A stretch of 64,000 nt of DNA from Perna viridis (Eukaryota), in NCBI GenBank assembly GCA_037379345.1, contig CM074514.1:14260001-14324000 (forward strand). The letters are read 5' to 3'. Position numbers and translations under genes: made by a program. Positions 13,301 to 26,800 of this stretch are shown here, piece by piece. The stretch's first letter is position 1. Every line of letters starts with the position of its first letter. The notes under the pieces were generated by a model. The model ran no database searches, was not told the DNA's origin, and saw only the letters and a list, made by a program, of their open reading frames with translations.

Positions 13301-16300
13301 GAAATGCTTTTATTACTTGTTCTGCTGTGTGTGTTGTAGTCAGAATTTATCAAAGCTTGTGTAATAAATTCAAGATATTCAATAGAAACTTGGATAAGAA
13401 CAAATCATTATTTATTTTTATTCCCTTAGCACACAAAGTTTGCAGGGTATATAGGTTTCACCCTGTCTGTCTGAGTTATTTTCTAGGCTGCTTGCAATAT
13501 TGTTATGACACTTGTTATGATTTAATATAACCATGTGGAAATGTACATACGGTCAGAAATTTATGTTTGGGCGAAAATTGTAGAAATGATGCTGCTGGAC
13601 TTGAGTGTTTTTCAGCAAATCTTAGTCCGATGCATTATCCACAACTCCTCCTCAACGACTGTAGGATTGTAATGAAACTTGGTGGATTACCATATGGAGG
13701 AGTTCATATTGTCAGAAATTTATGTTTAAAGTAAATTTGCCGTCATATTCTGTTATTGTGTTGTCAGCCAAAAAAATAGTTATGATTTCAGTTTGGAGTT
13801 GGGTGTTTTAGAAATGGCAGCAAAATTGTATGTCAGAAGTCTTAGTCTATCACCCATAAAAATTGTGTCCAATATGAATTGTGTGTCCACATTGGTCCCA
13901 ATGTACAGGGTTCAATAGGTTGTGGGGATATTAGTCCCATTAGAGGTTAAATCTAGTTTTTCTTGGAAAATAAATTAACTACATCATTTTATATTGAATG
14001 AGAATTGTAAAAGTTGCAACACAAAATATTTTAGACTTTTGAGAAGTTGTGTCACATTCATCTACACATTTGCATGGTATAATTGACAGTTATGAATACT
14101 GAAAATGAAGATCTTAAGCAAGCCTTTAATGATGTTTTGGCAACAATGGTCGACTTCCGGAGTTACCATATTCAAGTGGTTTCAAAGTAAGTAAATTCAT
14201 TCTATGTATTATTTTAAATTTTCAACTAAACATTAGTAGAAACATGTATCTGTACGCATTATCTTATGTTCATACTGGAACATGTACAATACATCAGGGA
14301 ATTTGACAGTTGTAAAATAAAATGAAATGATATAACCACTATTTGGAGTGATTTTTTTATTGCCATCACTTGGCATCCTCCATCATCCTAGTCGTTGTTA
14401 ACAATTTAACAAAATTCTCCTCTGACACTACTGGACCAATTAGAAGTAAACTTGGTATGAATGTTTTTAGGGTTTTGTGCCTAGACCTGTATTGTGAATT
14501 TTTTGATTCATCAAAAAATCTGGCTGCTGTTATTTAAAATAGAACATCGGTGTTAGTAGTTTTTTACATATACCTTCAATACCATTATAATGAAGTTTAG
14601 CTAAAATTAGATGTATTTAAAGTGTTTAACATGAAGTGATCTATTTTTGGTCAAATTTTGGTGTAAAACCAGTTAGAACCAAACTTGGTATGAGTTTTTC
14701 TTTGGCTAATCTGCCTAAATTTTGATCTGTTGAAAAACAAGGCTGCCATTACTAAAATTAGAATGTAGTAGTCAGACAGTAGTTTTTTGTTTATATCTCA
14801 AATTACAGGTAGCCAAAATAGGATTGAGTGAAAGTGTTTAGCATGATGAGATTTATTTGTCGTCAAATTTTTGTGTAAATCTATTTAGCCATTATGGTGT
14901 AATTTTTTTTTACATTTTTTGGCTTTAATATTATTACTTTCAATAGTCTTCTCCTCTAACATTACTTGACCAATTAGAAAGCAAAGGAGGAGGGATGATG
15001 AAGGATCTTACTGGCCTGTATAACAACTGAAATGTAATAATAAAAGTTGAAAGATTTAGTTGTGGATTTGCAGACACTTTGAAAAGGAGAGGTGCCAGCC
15101 AGCATTCCTTAGAAAATGGGGGGATGCTAGGACATTATTTGCCATTTTTTGTCTATTTTACACATGCAAATGACAAATTTTCCAATGAAAAAGGAGGGGT
15201 GCTAACCTCCCCTTTGATCTGCCACTGATTTGGAGACTTGACAATAAAAAATGAAAAAAATACATGAAGACATCTAATACTGCGAGCTTAAAAGGACAAA
15301 GAAATTGCTTGAAGTTAACCAAAATTCAAATATTCTGTCAATTTTGTACATTTTGGTCACTTTCTGGTAATAAAATTTGCATAGAAATGATGTCCACACA
15401 CAAAAAATAACTTCATATTTAGTGAATACAATCATAGTATCATAGATTATCATATATGAAAATACTAGTTCAAAGTTGATTCCAGGTTTAGGCAAATTCT
15501 GAATTGGTGAAAGTGTTCAGCATGATATAGTCTATATCTGGTCAATGTTTGTCAAAATATGTATTTAGACTTTTTCATTGTTCTTTTTTCTTGCTATTTT
15601 TGATGTTATACCTTTGGAATTCAGCAAAAGTTGATATGGTGGTTCCTTAGGTGTGAGCTTTAGGAATTTTTATCCAAGAAAAAACTTTGCCGCTTTTACA
15701 AAAAATAGAATGTGGCTACTTTAGCCAGATAAGTAAAATTTTAGAATTGTATGGATTTCATATAGAAATCTCAATTGATAATTTCCTCAAATCCTTTAGT
15801 TTTTCCTTAGATCTACAATGTCATGTAATCTGTTTGACAAAATCAGACTTGGGGAGTGTTTAACAAAATCAGCCTTGGGAAAAGATTCAAAGGTTAGAGT
15901 TTTTAGGCAACTACTTGTCACTTCTAATACATGAACATTTGAGAGACACACAAATATAACTATAATATTGTCTTATTTACCCAAAAGATATGTAGTTACA
16001 ATGTCAAACAGACAATCCAGGAATCAGGACTATGAATCTGTTGCCAAGAAAGGAACAGGTGGAACTAGTAAGTACATGTACATATATTGCAGTCCAATAA
16101 ATTGTAAAGATGCGTTTTTCAAGATATGTAAATTTAAACGCATCGAGCTTTTATTTGCCAAACTATAACATACATATAGATAAATACTATATGAACCCTT
16201 GCCATACTGAGTTGTATACTTTGACTCAAATGTTCAATACTTCATTGTTTGTTTTTTTTTAAATGGCTAACAGGTTCTTGTCAACTTGAGGTTTTCTTAA

Positions 16301-16747
16301 ATCAAAAACTTCTGTAATTTTCTAAACTAGTACAATTTTAATGGAACAAGGTGGCCTTCTTCTGAATACATGATTGTATTTTTGAGGATAATGATGAGTG
16401 CTTTAGTGTAGCTGTATATTAAATTTAGTTCTAACTGTACAGTGTTCTGTGATTTCACCTAACAGTACAATAAAACAATATAAAGCTTTCAGATGTTACT
16501 CCATTGTCTATAGTAGTGCATTAACCATCACCTTGATGTTACCATAGATCCTCATAATCACCTAAATAGCCATATGGTTTCAGTACAACATGTCAAATCA
16601 GTATGAATTGTGAACGTTATTTAGCATTGAAGTTTTGCTGGATATGGCAGTAATTACAGTTATTTTATTTTGTCAGGTATTATTCCATTCCTGAAGAGTA
16701 TTAGACAATCAACAGCTGCCAAGCAAATTGAAAAACAATCAGATTGA
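1392..16747 (+). CDS. IDO: Indoleamine 2,3-dioxygenase family protein (IDO2-like / molluscan IDO-like); 5' exons lie upstream of the window
   Basis: Exons 1392-1511, 3962-4080, 4658-4672, 5223-5322, 5912-6029, 7855-7906, 8317-8386, 9105-9180, 11693-11791, 14090-14186, 15988-16067, 16677-16747; all GT-AG and phase-compatible (338 aa + stop). IDO motifs: RLAHLQL..AGYIWQ, DVVLANWK, FYDTIRPFLGG, PDGLIYKG, AGGSAAQSS, MRDHMP.DH, FRSYHIQVV (proximal His), KGTGGT..IPFLK.IR. Confidence 0.95.
1951..2260. repeat. Minisatellite, about 7 copies of a 42-bp unit (ttaaagaatgctcacagttactgaaagctaggtcagaactta), some internally deleted
   Basis: Tandem units visible directly; a partial isolated copy near 2935-2960. 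Explains ORF 2071..2298. Confidence 0.9.
2975..3299 (+). mobile_element. 3' terminal segment of a Penelope-like retroelement, ending in about 3.7 tandem copies of its 38-bp terminus
   Basis: Same sequence (gcagaggacgcttaccctac...ccttggttcccttgattactct) as the RT-linked copies at 38673-39183 and 10091-11210. Confidence 0.8.
3303..3790 (-). mobile_element. Degenerate Penelope-like reverse transcriptase fragment
   Basis: Minus-strand translation gives VVGIPM..C.PLIANLF and FNNTFRYLDDILAV (RT YxDD motif), frameshifted. Confidence 0.8.
5568..5867. mobile_element. MITE with CAC...GTG termini, TA flanks and an internal array of catatg palindromes
   Basis: Terminal inverted repeats cacaggcaaatgtgccaca / tgtggcacatttggctgtg, flanked by TA on both sides. 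Confidence 0.75.
6080..7600. mobile_element. Probable degenerate DNA transposon remnant (Kolobok-like)
   Basis: Begins ttaaaggagacatgacac (TTAA + AGG start typical of Kolobok). CpG-richer than flanks, with a decayed coding-like stretch (..LYQFKE..). Matching right end not found. Confidence 0.3.
10091..11210 (-). mobile_element. Penelope-like retroelement, RT C-terminal half plus 3' non-coding tail, disrupted
   Basis: ORFs 10705..10950 and 10497..10751 give MGTNFAPLLTDLFLH...NIDDALSLNNP...KLYDKHNDFSF...NIPSATVYGVFTSQIIRYARAC, a PLE RT core and thumb, followed by the shared 3' tail. Confidence 0.9.
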
Positions 16748-17861
16748 CACATTTTATCTGACTTTTTACATAAAAAGTTGTTTTACAAGTACTTCATGTT
16801 TTATTCTACTTAGATAACTTAATTCAAGCTAAAATGGTTTTTAAAACTACTGTGATGAATGATGTTTCAGTAAATTTCAAAGTCAATAAACCATGACTAC
16901 GGGGGCATGTACATGAATCAGATACAGAATTGTGATAAAGTGATGCTAATGACACTGCACACCAAATATGATTGAATTAGCACAAATGGTTTATATCAAA
17001 CTGACCCATTGAGAAAACTTAAGAAATCTAAACTTGAAATTTGAAATATCAAAGTAAATCAACTGACTGCAGGTGCGTATGCTTGAAATGGATATAGATG
17101 ATAATGTAATTGCATACCAAACCTGATTGACCTAGAACAAGTGAATCATTTCAAACTGACCTAATCAGAAAACTCAACATGGAAATTGTGAAGGCTGACG
17201 CAGGAAAAGTTATACCTTAGTCTCGCCTTGCAGGTGTGACAAAAACAGTCATACAGTTAAATGGAAATTAAAAATCTATGGACTAAGACAAAGCAATAAT
17301 GGAGATAAAACAATTAGACATTAGAAATTAAACATAAAACAATTAACTAAAAGACAATCTAAACTTAAACAAAAATAATATGGACTGTGAACAGGTAAAT
17401 GTCCTCTGCTTTAACTCAGTGAAATAAGTTAATTTTTTAAAGATTCTACACTTAAGTATCAAACAAGGACTCCAATCTTACTACACAAATTTTATTCTTA
17501 ACAATTTTATTTACATTATAAAATATAACAATACATCTTCATCAAAGTTTTTTTTTACCTTAATCACAATTAAAATCACAAAACTAAACTCCTAATTTGT
17601 CATTAACAGTCCATTTCATGGATTATAAATAGTGAAAATGAATTATTGAGAAAGGGTCAGGTAAATGAACACTCAGGTATCAATTTTACAGAATATGATA
17701 TCAGAATCATACTACACAAAGTCTTCACTACATTTCATCTGTTACATGGCAGTCAGTTGCTGAAAATGACATATTTTGTCAGCAGAATTTGATGCTTTGC
17801 ACTTCCAGAATTCCTACACTTCACTTCTGAGGTAAAACAACTGTGTTCTGCCTCACATCTT

Positions 17862-20800
17862 TCATGTTAGTAGCTTTGGTTCAATTAATGACTCCAGTGG
17901 TAAACAAATCTGAAAAAAAGCAGAGACCATTGATACAGCTTGATCTCAACAAAAAACCATTAAGATAATATTGCAAGACGTAATACATGTATACTTCCCA
18001 AGGGGTCTAGATTTTTTTCTTTCCATAACTGAATCAAACACAAACTATACCTTTTTCATTGAAAGTAAAATTCTGAGGGTCCAGCAGTCTATTATTTATC
18101 ATTTGGTCAGAACATTTCTTTCCTTAATAGACCAAATGAGCAATTACTGATCAATATTTAATGTTTTTGAAAAAGGGACCAAAAAGAGTAAAAATAAGTG
18201 GTTTATTTAAAACCCATGTAGAATGTTTGTTTTTCTTCCGATTTGGATTATTCTTATTTATTGTGTTCCTTATTTGATTCTGGTAAACAAATGTATCAGC
18301 AGATTTGATGTGTTTTGAACCGTTCAAGCTGGAGAGACTAAAGGGACCACACCCCCCCAAAATCGACTTATTTTTGGTTCAATTTCAATTTCTTTTATTG
18401 GATTCCTTATAAAAATACTTGCATGCATTTTTTCAATCAGATTTCAGATATATCTAATGGTTTTCAAGTTAAAGGGGTCAAAGGAGCCACACACTAAAAA
18501 AATCAACTTTTTTATTTTTGGTCTGATGTTGAAAATTTTCATTTGAATTTCAAATTTTTTCGCAATATAGTGTCCAAACCAGTTGTTGTGTCCATAATGA
18601 ATTGTAAGTCCCTATGCTTATACGTGTGTCAAAAACTAATATTATGTCCTCACTTGCCCCAACTGTTCAGAGTTTGACCACTGCAGTTGGTGCACTCTGC
18701 GAAACTTTTGATTTTAAATATGAATCACCACCAGTACTGACTGGTTCTTCTAAATAGTTACACTTAAGTAATAATGTTGTTTGTTTTATTAATTATGATG
18801 ACCATGTGCAAGCATTTTCATATATACAATATTCAGGAGACACTTTACAGTTGGAGTAAGAAAATTATTTCTTACTTCAGAATTCAGCATGTATGAAATT
18901 TCTGAAGTAAGACAATTTCTAACAAAGTGATATCATGTGTCTTAAATTGTTTTCATGTCGTAAGAAATCCTATTTTCTGAATAAAGAGTATATTTCAAAA
19001 GTTTATATTATTTAAGCATCAAAATAAAATATATAAAAATACCTAACACAATAAGATGTCAGGTAAAAAAAAAGCTATATACAGACTTTTATCTGTGATA
19101 CATCACTGTATTCTTCATCTTCAAACACAACTTCAAACTTTCCATCAGCCCTGTTCTCTGAAATGAGATTTAAAGTGTACAGTAAACAAAAGTAACTTAA
19201 AGAAATCCTTATCATTTCTGAATAATGGATGAGTTTCCTTCTTTTCAATGTTAAAAAAAAAAACTATTCTGACAGGGGAAAGGAAAACAGCCCATTTCAG
19301 GTGTAATATTGAACAAATAATATTACTGAATGACTTGTAATTCTTTATCATTCTGCACAGATTTCTGTTGACAATTTGTTTTTATCTACTACTGTTTTTT
19401 GTAAATAATGATCCAAAATGTAAGAGAATGGTCAATTACAGATAAAGTGTAAAAAGCTCTGACAAAATGTCATATGTTCATAACTTCACATAAATCTTAA
19501 GTCTATGTCCAGGGTTTGGTGACCTATAAAAATGAATTCACACCCTTTTATTAATATTTTTAGTTGTTTTCTCCTATTTCAAGTTGGAATGGATTATATA
19601 TTTGGTATCTTAGGTATTGGTTAAAAAGGTCACACAAAATTCTTGTAAACCTACTGCATATTATATTAGTAGTAGTAAATTATTTGTTTCAAACCACTAT
19701 AAATACAGACTTCTTTTCTCTTCCTGCTGATTTTCTAACTCCACAAGTTTTGACACTGGGTTAAAACTGCAAACAACTGCCTCCTATAACAAGAAACTTT
19801 CATCAGTGAACAGATTTTCCTTGTTATCATAAAAAATAAAATCTAAATTGTATTAGACATCTTTAGTTACCTGTAATAAAAAAAAAATTCTTCATGTACA
19901 TCTTAAACAAGAACTGTAATTGATCTCAATGAGCAATACCTACCCTAACTAGCAACATTTCAACTCTCAGGTTAGATTTATTTCCCCTTTGCAAACATCA
20001 GGCAATATTATTTTCCCAGGTACATTCAAATATGATCTTAAAGAAGATGACCATTTTTCATGTAATATTTCATAATAAATCAATATATGATCTGAGAGGA
20101 ATCACATCTGCAAGTTTTAAAACGTATACATCTATATAAAACCTTTCACTTGAATTAACTCTCTTAGCAATCATTCAACAATAATAATTTTCTAACTATA
20201 TGCATATCTATGTAAGATGTCAAATCAGCACATGAAGCATCCAATGAAAAATGATCTTACTACATACATATCAAACTATCATGCCTAACCCTCATATAAA
20301 GTTTAATATAAATCCATGAAACAGTGGAGGAGGAGTGGTGTGTACAACATTTAAATTTGCAAGTACCTGACATAAATTATTCTACTTGACAACTTGATGA
20401 ACAATTCTAAATAATGTCATTTCTTTAGGTTTCATAAAATCTAGAAAAGGAATTGTACTTCAAGTTTAAAAACATGTTAGATTTAAACTCAAGGTCTCAC
20501 TAGTCACTTCTAACTTTTCCATTACTTTACACGGTGAAAATTTTATTTCAAAGTTTCACTGCCAATTCCCAGAACAAATGACATCTTAAAGTTGCATATC
20601 ATTGTAAAGCTTGGAAACAACACTTTCAACATTTGTATACCAATTGTATGATGATTGTAAAAGTTTTTCACAAAATTTACTATGATAAATAATACCAAAA
20701 ATCAACATTTTTACCTTTTCTGCTAACTGACAGCACTGAGGCAAATTACTCACACATGTAAACAATGTATTGAATTACAAATATGATTTTAAAGTACACT

Positions 20801-23800
20801 GACCACTTCTGATCAACACACCTACATAGATCTAGGTTTCATGTGTTTTTGGTAATCATAGATGGGTGGCCATGGTAAGTGAGACCCAATGTAAAACCAC
20901 TCTGTATGTTTAATTATCTCCCTATGTAAGATTCTGACTGTAACTATTTTATTCCATATACACCTCTATATGATGATCATTCTTCAAATAAAATAAATAG
21001 AATGATTAAGGAGGAGTTGAACTTACAAGAACTGATTGACAAGCAAGATCATTCCCTATGCATGTATATGTTAGCCGCAATAAGCAAAATCAGGCATTAA
21101 GCCTAAAGCCTAGTCAATAAGCTATTGACTAGTCAATTACTAATTGCCTAAAAAAATCAGGCTTCAGCCTTATTCCCTGAAATGATAGTGGTCAAAATCT
21201 ACATATTTCCTAGGCAATAATAAATAATGAAAGAAAGACAACATTGCATTTTAATCTTTCAAAAGATTGTTGTCTCTTTAACATATTCCCCATTTCCACT
21301 CTTTTCCATATAAATTATTAGTTTTTTAATACTGTTAATCCTTAACTATAGAGAGAACATCAGATATTGCCAAAGGCCACTACACACACCAATGTACAAC
21401 TAAATAAGTTTATAAGGTTCTGAGTTGTTTTCAAGTAAAATATTTAGTAAATGTTCTTTTCACTACTCACTTGATTTCCATTAAATGGTTTTCATTTGCT
21501 CATCTTGTGTAGTCGTGTCAACATGTCTCAATTCGAGGAAAAATTTAACGCAGAAATGAGAAATCGCTATGAGAAGGGGAAAACTAGGAATATATATTCT
21601 CGTGAGAAATATAATGAAATTTTGGAACTTTTGAAAAAGGAATCGACAGCAGCAACTAAAAAGAAATTGTCGACCGAATATTACTATTCTACCAGATTTT
21701 ATGTTCTCTCTGTGGCTGGGATTGAGCGTCTAATAACCAAAGTACCAGAAGGTAATCAGCAGGGATTTAAGTTGTTCTCGTATCTCGAAAAGCTTTTTGG
21801 TGTTTTGAAAGCCCATAAAGAAACTGGACATGGGGGAAGAGACAGAATGCTCAAGAAAGTCAATGAGGGGTATGCTAATGTCTCGAGGGATAGTATAGAG
21901 CTTTTTCTCGCATATTGTGAAAACTGTTGTTTGAAGAAAAAACATTTATCCAAAGGAATAGTCGTGAAGCCATTATCTTCTAGTGAGTTCAATAGTAAGT
22001 GTCAAGTTGATTTATTGGACTTTAATCCAATCCAGATGGTGATTTCAGATTTGTGATGGTTTTTCAAGATCATTTAACAAAGTTTGTGTGTTAAAGGCTT
22101 TAACTTCAAAATGCACTTCAGAGGTTGCTTTCAACCTAATCGACATCTTTACTTTATTTGGCGCTCCTGATATTCTGCAGAGTGACAATGGTCGAGAATT
22201 TGCAGCAGCAATCATACAAGAATTAAAACTGATGTGACCGGATCTTGTTATCATACATGGCAAACCCCGACATCCACAGTTTCAGGGCAGTGTTGAGAGG
22301 TCTAACGCAGACATACACGACATGATTTCGGCATGGTTGCTAGATAATGACAGTACAAAGTGGTCTGTCGGTTTGAAGTTTGTCCAGTTGCAAAAGAACT
22401 CATCCTTAAACACCGGCATCGTTCGCTCTCCGTATGAAGCCATATTTGAAAAAACCGCTACAATAGGATTGTCCTCTTCAGCACATTACCCAAGGAAGTT
22501 TTAGACAACCTTGGGCGAGAAAAAGACTTGATTTGCTTGACGTCAAAAAGGCCACCAGTAAGTATCATATTTGACAGTACTTAGTTCTAGTATTTTAATT
22601 GTTACTTAGTACATTTTATACTATCAATAGATTTCAAATTAAGTCTCATTCAACACAAAAAATATGGTGAACTCAATTTTTGAATTTATTTGCGCTTCTT
22701 AATGTGTCACTGATTACTGTGAAGTTACAAATGTTGTGTTACATTGTATGATCTAAACCTAATGTTAACTTCTAACACAGATCAGCTGACTTCATCAAGA
22801 TAGTGATCAAATATATCCTTTCAATTTCTAAATATAGTCTGTCAGCGAGGAAAGTGACCTTGACAGTGAGCAGTCAGAGTGTGAGGAACAAGTGCCTGAC
22901 CAGGATAGAGGGGCTTCAGTTGGAGACATGACTGCTGAATCAGTAACACTTGAATGTTCATCTGAAACTGGAACCACTGATGTAGCTGATAAGGTACAAG
23001 TATTCCAATCATAGATTATTTTTTTTTATTATCGATAGGTTTTTCTTATTCATACGTAAAATAAATAATCCATTAGAATATATAGTGTCCGTGAATTCAT
23101 TCATTTATCGAAACTTGAGTTTTTCTTTTAGATCACAATTGTTGAGGCTGGTATAGTCCTTTTGCCTGTTCGTCCGTCATACATAGGTTCAATTTCACAG
23201 TATCATGATATTTCGTATTTTGTCACATTCATTCACTTATACAACTTTTATTTCAGCCTCAACAGATTTGTGTGGTGTGTACTTTAGAAACATCAGGCAT
23301 GCATAGTTGTGGAAAGTGTAATACCTCCATTCACGTCATTTGTGGTAAAGAAATCGTAAACTCAGAGGAAGGTTTCGGTAGCAAAGTTCTCTGTCCACAC
23401 TGCTTTCTTGATACGAGACGTATTCATCATCGATCAGGGGCAAAGGAAAGGCAGGACAAACAGGCCGTGTCTATGGTGAACAGAAGCAAGAAACTACTTG
23501 GTACTCCAGAGGTTGGACAAACAGTAGCAGTGCCAATTCCAATGTATGACCGTGGAAAGAGTGACAGTAAAAATCTACTCGGACGGATAGCTTAGGTATT
23601 TATTAGACTAAATATTACATCATTAATTACATATATCAAATACAATTCACGGCCTCATATTAAAAATGTTGCGCCATATATTTTTTAATTTTGTCCGTCC
23701 ATCTATTTGTCTGTATGTCAGTCTGTCAGTTTTGTGAACACTAAAAATTAAAGATATATGACACAGAGGTATCAGCCACACCCTTCCTTGACACAGAAGC

Positions 23801-26800
23801 AGAAGAATGCTACATCAATTTTATGAAACTACATTTTATATAAAAAAATATGCATTTAAAGACATGACTAACACATTATCCTTTTTTCAAAAGTAAGCAA
23901 TTTTTTACAGGTAGACGAACATGGTCTCAGTAGAATAGCCACCAAGTATGGGGAGCTGAAAGGGAAATATGGTTCAAATGAATTCAGTGTGTGTAAAAAG
24001 ACATTGCTTAGTAAGAATGATACAAGTCGTTAGAGAGGCTGCAAATAAACAATCAATTTCCGGCGGCCAGGGTTTCCAACGTTGTAGCTTTAGACAAAAT
24101 GCAACACAAACAGATGTAAATGCAGGAAAATGGGAAAGTTATGTAACAGCAGATGCCATTCTTCCAACACATGTGACAATAAGTGACAAAAGCACTAGCC
24201 TTATATATTTCTATCTAACAATGTAAATCTGTTCAATTGTCAATAATTTAATTTCATGATAAAAGGCCAAAATTAAAGAAAAAATATGCACCAGGCAATA
24301 GGCCTAATGCCTGCCTCTTTTTTCAGTCATTAGGCTTATTTCCTAGTCTTAAAGCTTAAAGCCTAACACATTTCAGTCAATAAGGTTATTGACTAGTCAA
24401 TAGCTTATTGCCTAGGCTTTAGGCTTAATGCCTGATTTTGCTTATTGCCGCTAACATATATACCCTATAAACTTAGTTTGCTTAGGGTAAAACTAAAATA
24501 AGAAATCTCATCTTATATATATTTGCTCACTTGTTTAAACAATAAATGTTCTTGTCAAATGTTGAACATAGAATGCTACGTTATTTTTTTTGTTTATATA
24601 TATATATCCACACACAAACCACCTTTATACTTGTACCTACCTTATAATTAGACACCTCTGGAGTATAATCTTCAGATAACTCAATCACCTATAAAATAAG
24701 TAAATACAGGTCTTTACTTAAACTCAGGACATGTTTGTAACATTAAACTAATAAATTTGAGTAACTAAACATGAAACTGATTGGTTTGAAAAGTTGTCTT
24801 GGAATGCCAGGTATTCAGCTTAAATCAGAAAGGAGATGATCCTTGACTTAGATCTGCTACTACTGAATACCTGGAGTAAAAGAAAAAGGAATTGTGTTAT
24901 ATTTCCTGGGCTAAGCTTTCATTGAATGCTACACAGGGTGCAGCTTGATACAACCACAAACATCAAACCCTAAATAGCTGCGGCAAGTATGGACACACAC
25001 TTCAAACTTGATACAGCTTAAAATTTTGATTAAGATTAGATATGTATGACACAATATAAGAATTTTACCAGAACAAAAGTGATCTCCTTTTTACTCCTAA
25101 TTCCTAAATGACTCCAGCCACAATTTAACCATCTTTTGTGGGTATGGCGCTTTGTAGTAAAATTCCAAAAATCCATTCCATTTGATCTACCGTTAAGTCA
25201 TTGTCGGCAAAACAGAAAAATGCTTGTTTCTGACCCTTTTTTGGCTTCTAATTCTTAACCAGTTGCAATCTTAACCTCCTAATTTAATCCCAGTATTCCT
25301 TTAGTGGTATGATACTTTGTAGTACCATTTCAAAGAGATCCATTCACTAATAAACAAGTCTTTGTCTGAACATTATGAAAATACTTGTTTCTGGCCCCTG
25401 TTTGGCTCCTAATTCCTAAACATTTAAAGTTATAACCCCTAAAATCAATACCAACCTTCCTTTGTGTTTTTTGAACTATGTTAAAGACCAACCGATATTC
25501 AAGTTAAAGCATGTAATCCAAGTGTCTATAATCAACAAAGACTTGGCAACAACACAACACAAACAACAACAGTGTAATACCATAATTCAACTGTAAATTT
25601 GTTGTGGTAGTATAAAAACCACTTTTAAAGCCTTCATACCTTGTAAGCAAGCCTATCCCCTACCCTAGGAGGTCCAATCAATGCAACAAACTTGGTATAA
25701 TCAACAGGCTCAGCTTCATATGAAACATTGAGGTCCTGGTCAGGGTTTGCACTTTTCTCATTCTCTGCATGTGAAGTATTCTAGACAATTGAAATAAGCA
25801 GTTATTATTGACCTACTGACACATATTGATAAAAACACATAGTATCATAAACTAAAAACTGTGAAGAAGACCATACAAAAAAGTTGTGAATTGCAAATAT
25901 AAAAATGTACTAACTTTCCTAACACTTTCTCCTTTTACACTTTTATAAACTAAGACATGTTTCAGACTGAATGAGTTTTAATGACTTTTGGCACCAAATA
26001 TTGCATAGAAACAATATTATGTCTAGAACATTCAACAATAAAGTTTTCTTTTCAATTATGTAAAATCACATGAACCAACTTTATACAAATGTAAATCGCA
26101 TCTTGTAAAACTCTTTTGTCTATCCTGGACTTGACTTTTTATGAGCAACTCTACGGATGTTTCTAAAAAAGAAGAGGGAGCTTACCCGAACAGTGCATCT
26201 GGTCTGTGCTCCGAATTTTTAGTGGAGTCTGAATTGCTTATTTACTTTTGTTACTTTGTACGTATTATTTTTGTTATTTTATGCTCTTTGTTGTGTTTGT
26301 CTGTTTTGCCATGTCTGGTCTTTGTCTCTGAATTATATTCTTTTGATTTCCCTTAGAATCTCGGTTCCCTTGATTACTCTTTAAATTATAAAATACCTGA
26401 ATAACTACTGAAACATTTGTAAGTTTGGTATTTAATTGTGCCTCTTTGCTGAGTTCTGCATATTGCCTCAAGTTTTGCTTGCGATTCCTAGAATACACGG
26501 CTACACCATTTGTTAAATAACTTGTTGCCAGAAGTGAGGGTTGTCCTGTCTCAGGGCTGGTATCTCTGTGTGTGTATTCTGTATTTTTGTTCTTAATATG
26601 ATTTTCCTTTTCATCACAAATATCACTAGATTCAGATTTTTCCAAAAATTGACCTTCCACATTATTGAAGTCCTCATCAATATTTGTCTGTTTTGTATAA
26701 TTGTAGGTGTCAGTACTGTCCATTTCATCTTTATTTTTACTTTCACTTTCATTTTCACTCTGGTCTGATTGAAACACTTTGTGTTGTTTCTTTTGTAGAT

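Noticed and set aside
9195-15900. Several long dispersed repeats in IDO introns (e.g. 9195-9700, 13420-13950, 14350-15900), with similar ones at 47500-47970 and 59620-59870
   Set aside because: They resemble abundant Helentron-associated non-autonomous repeats of bivalves, but ends and family cannot be fixed without a library, so they were not annotated.
24790-24940. H/ACA scaRNA in coilin intron 3 (hairpin followed by ACA, ANANNA upstream)
   Set aside because: The pocket-to-ACA spacing is too short and the putative first hairpin overlaps the end of a dispersed repeat. Only the single hairpin is retained as a finding.
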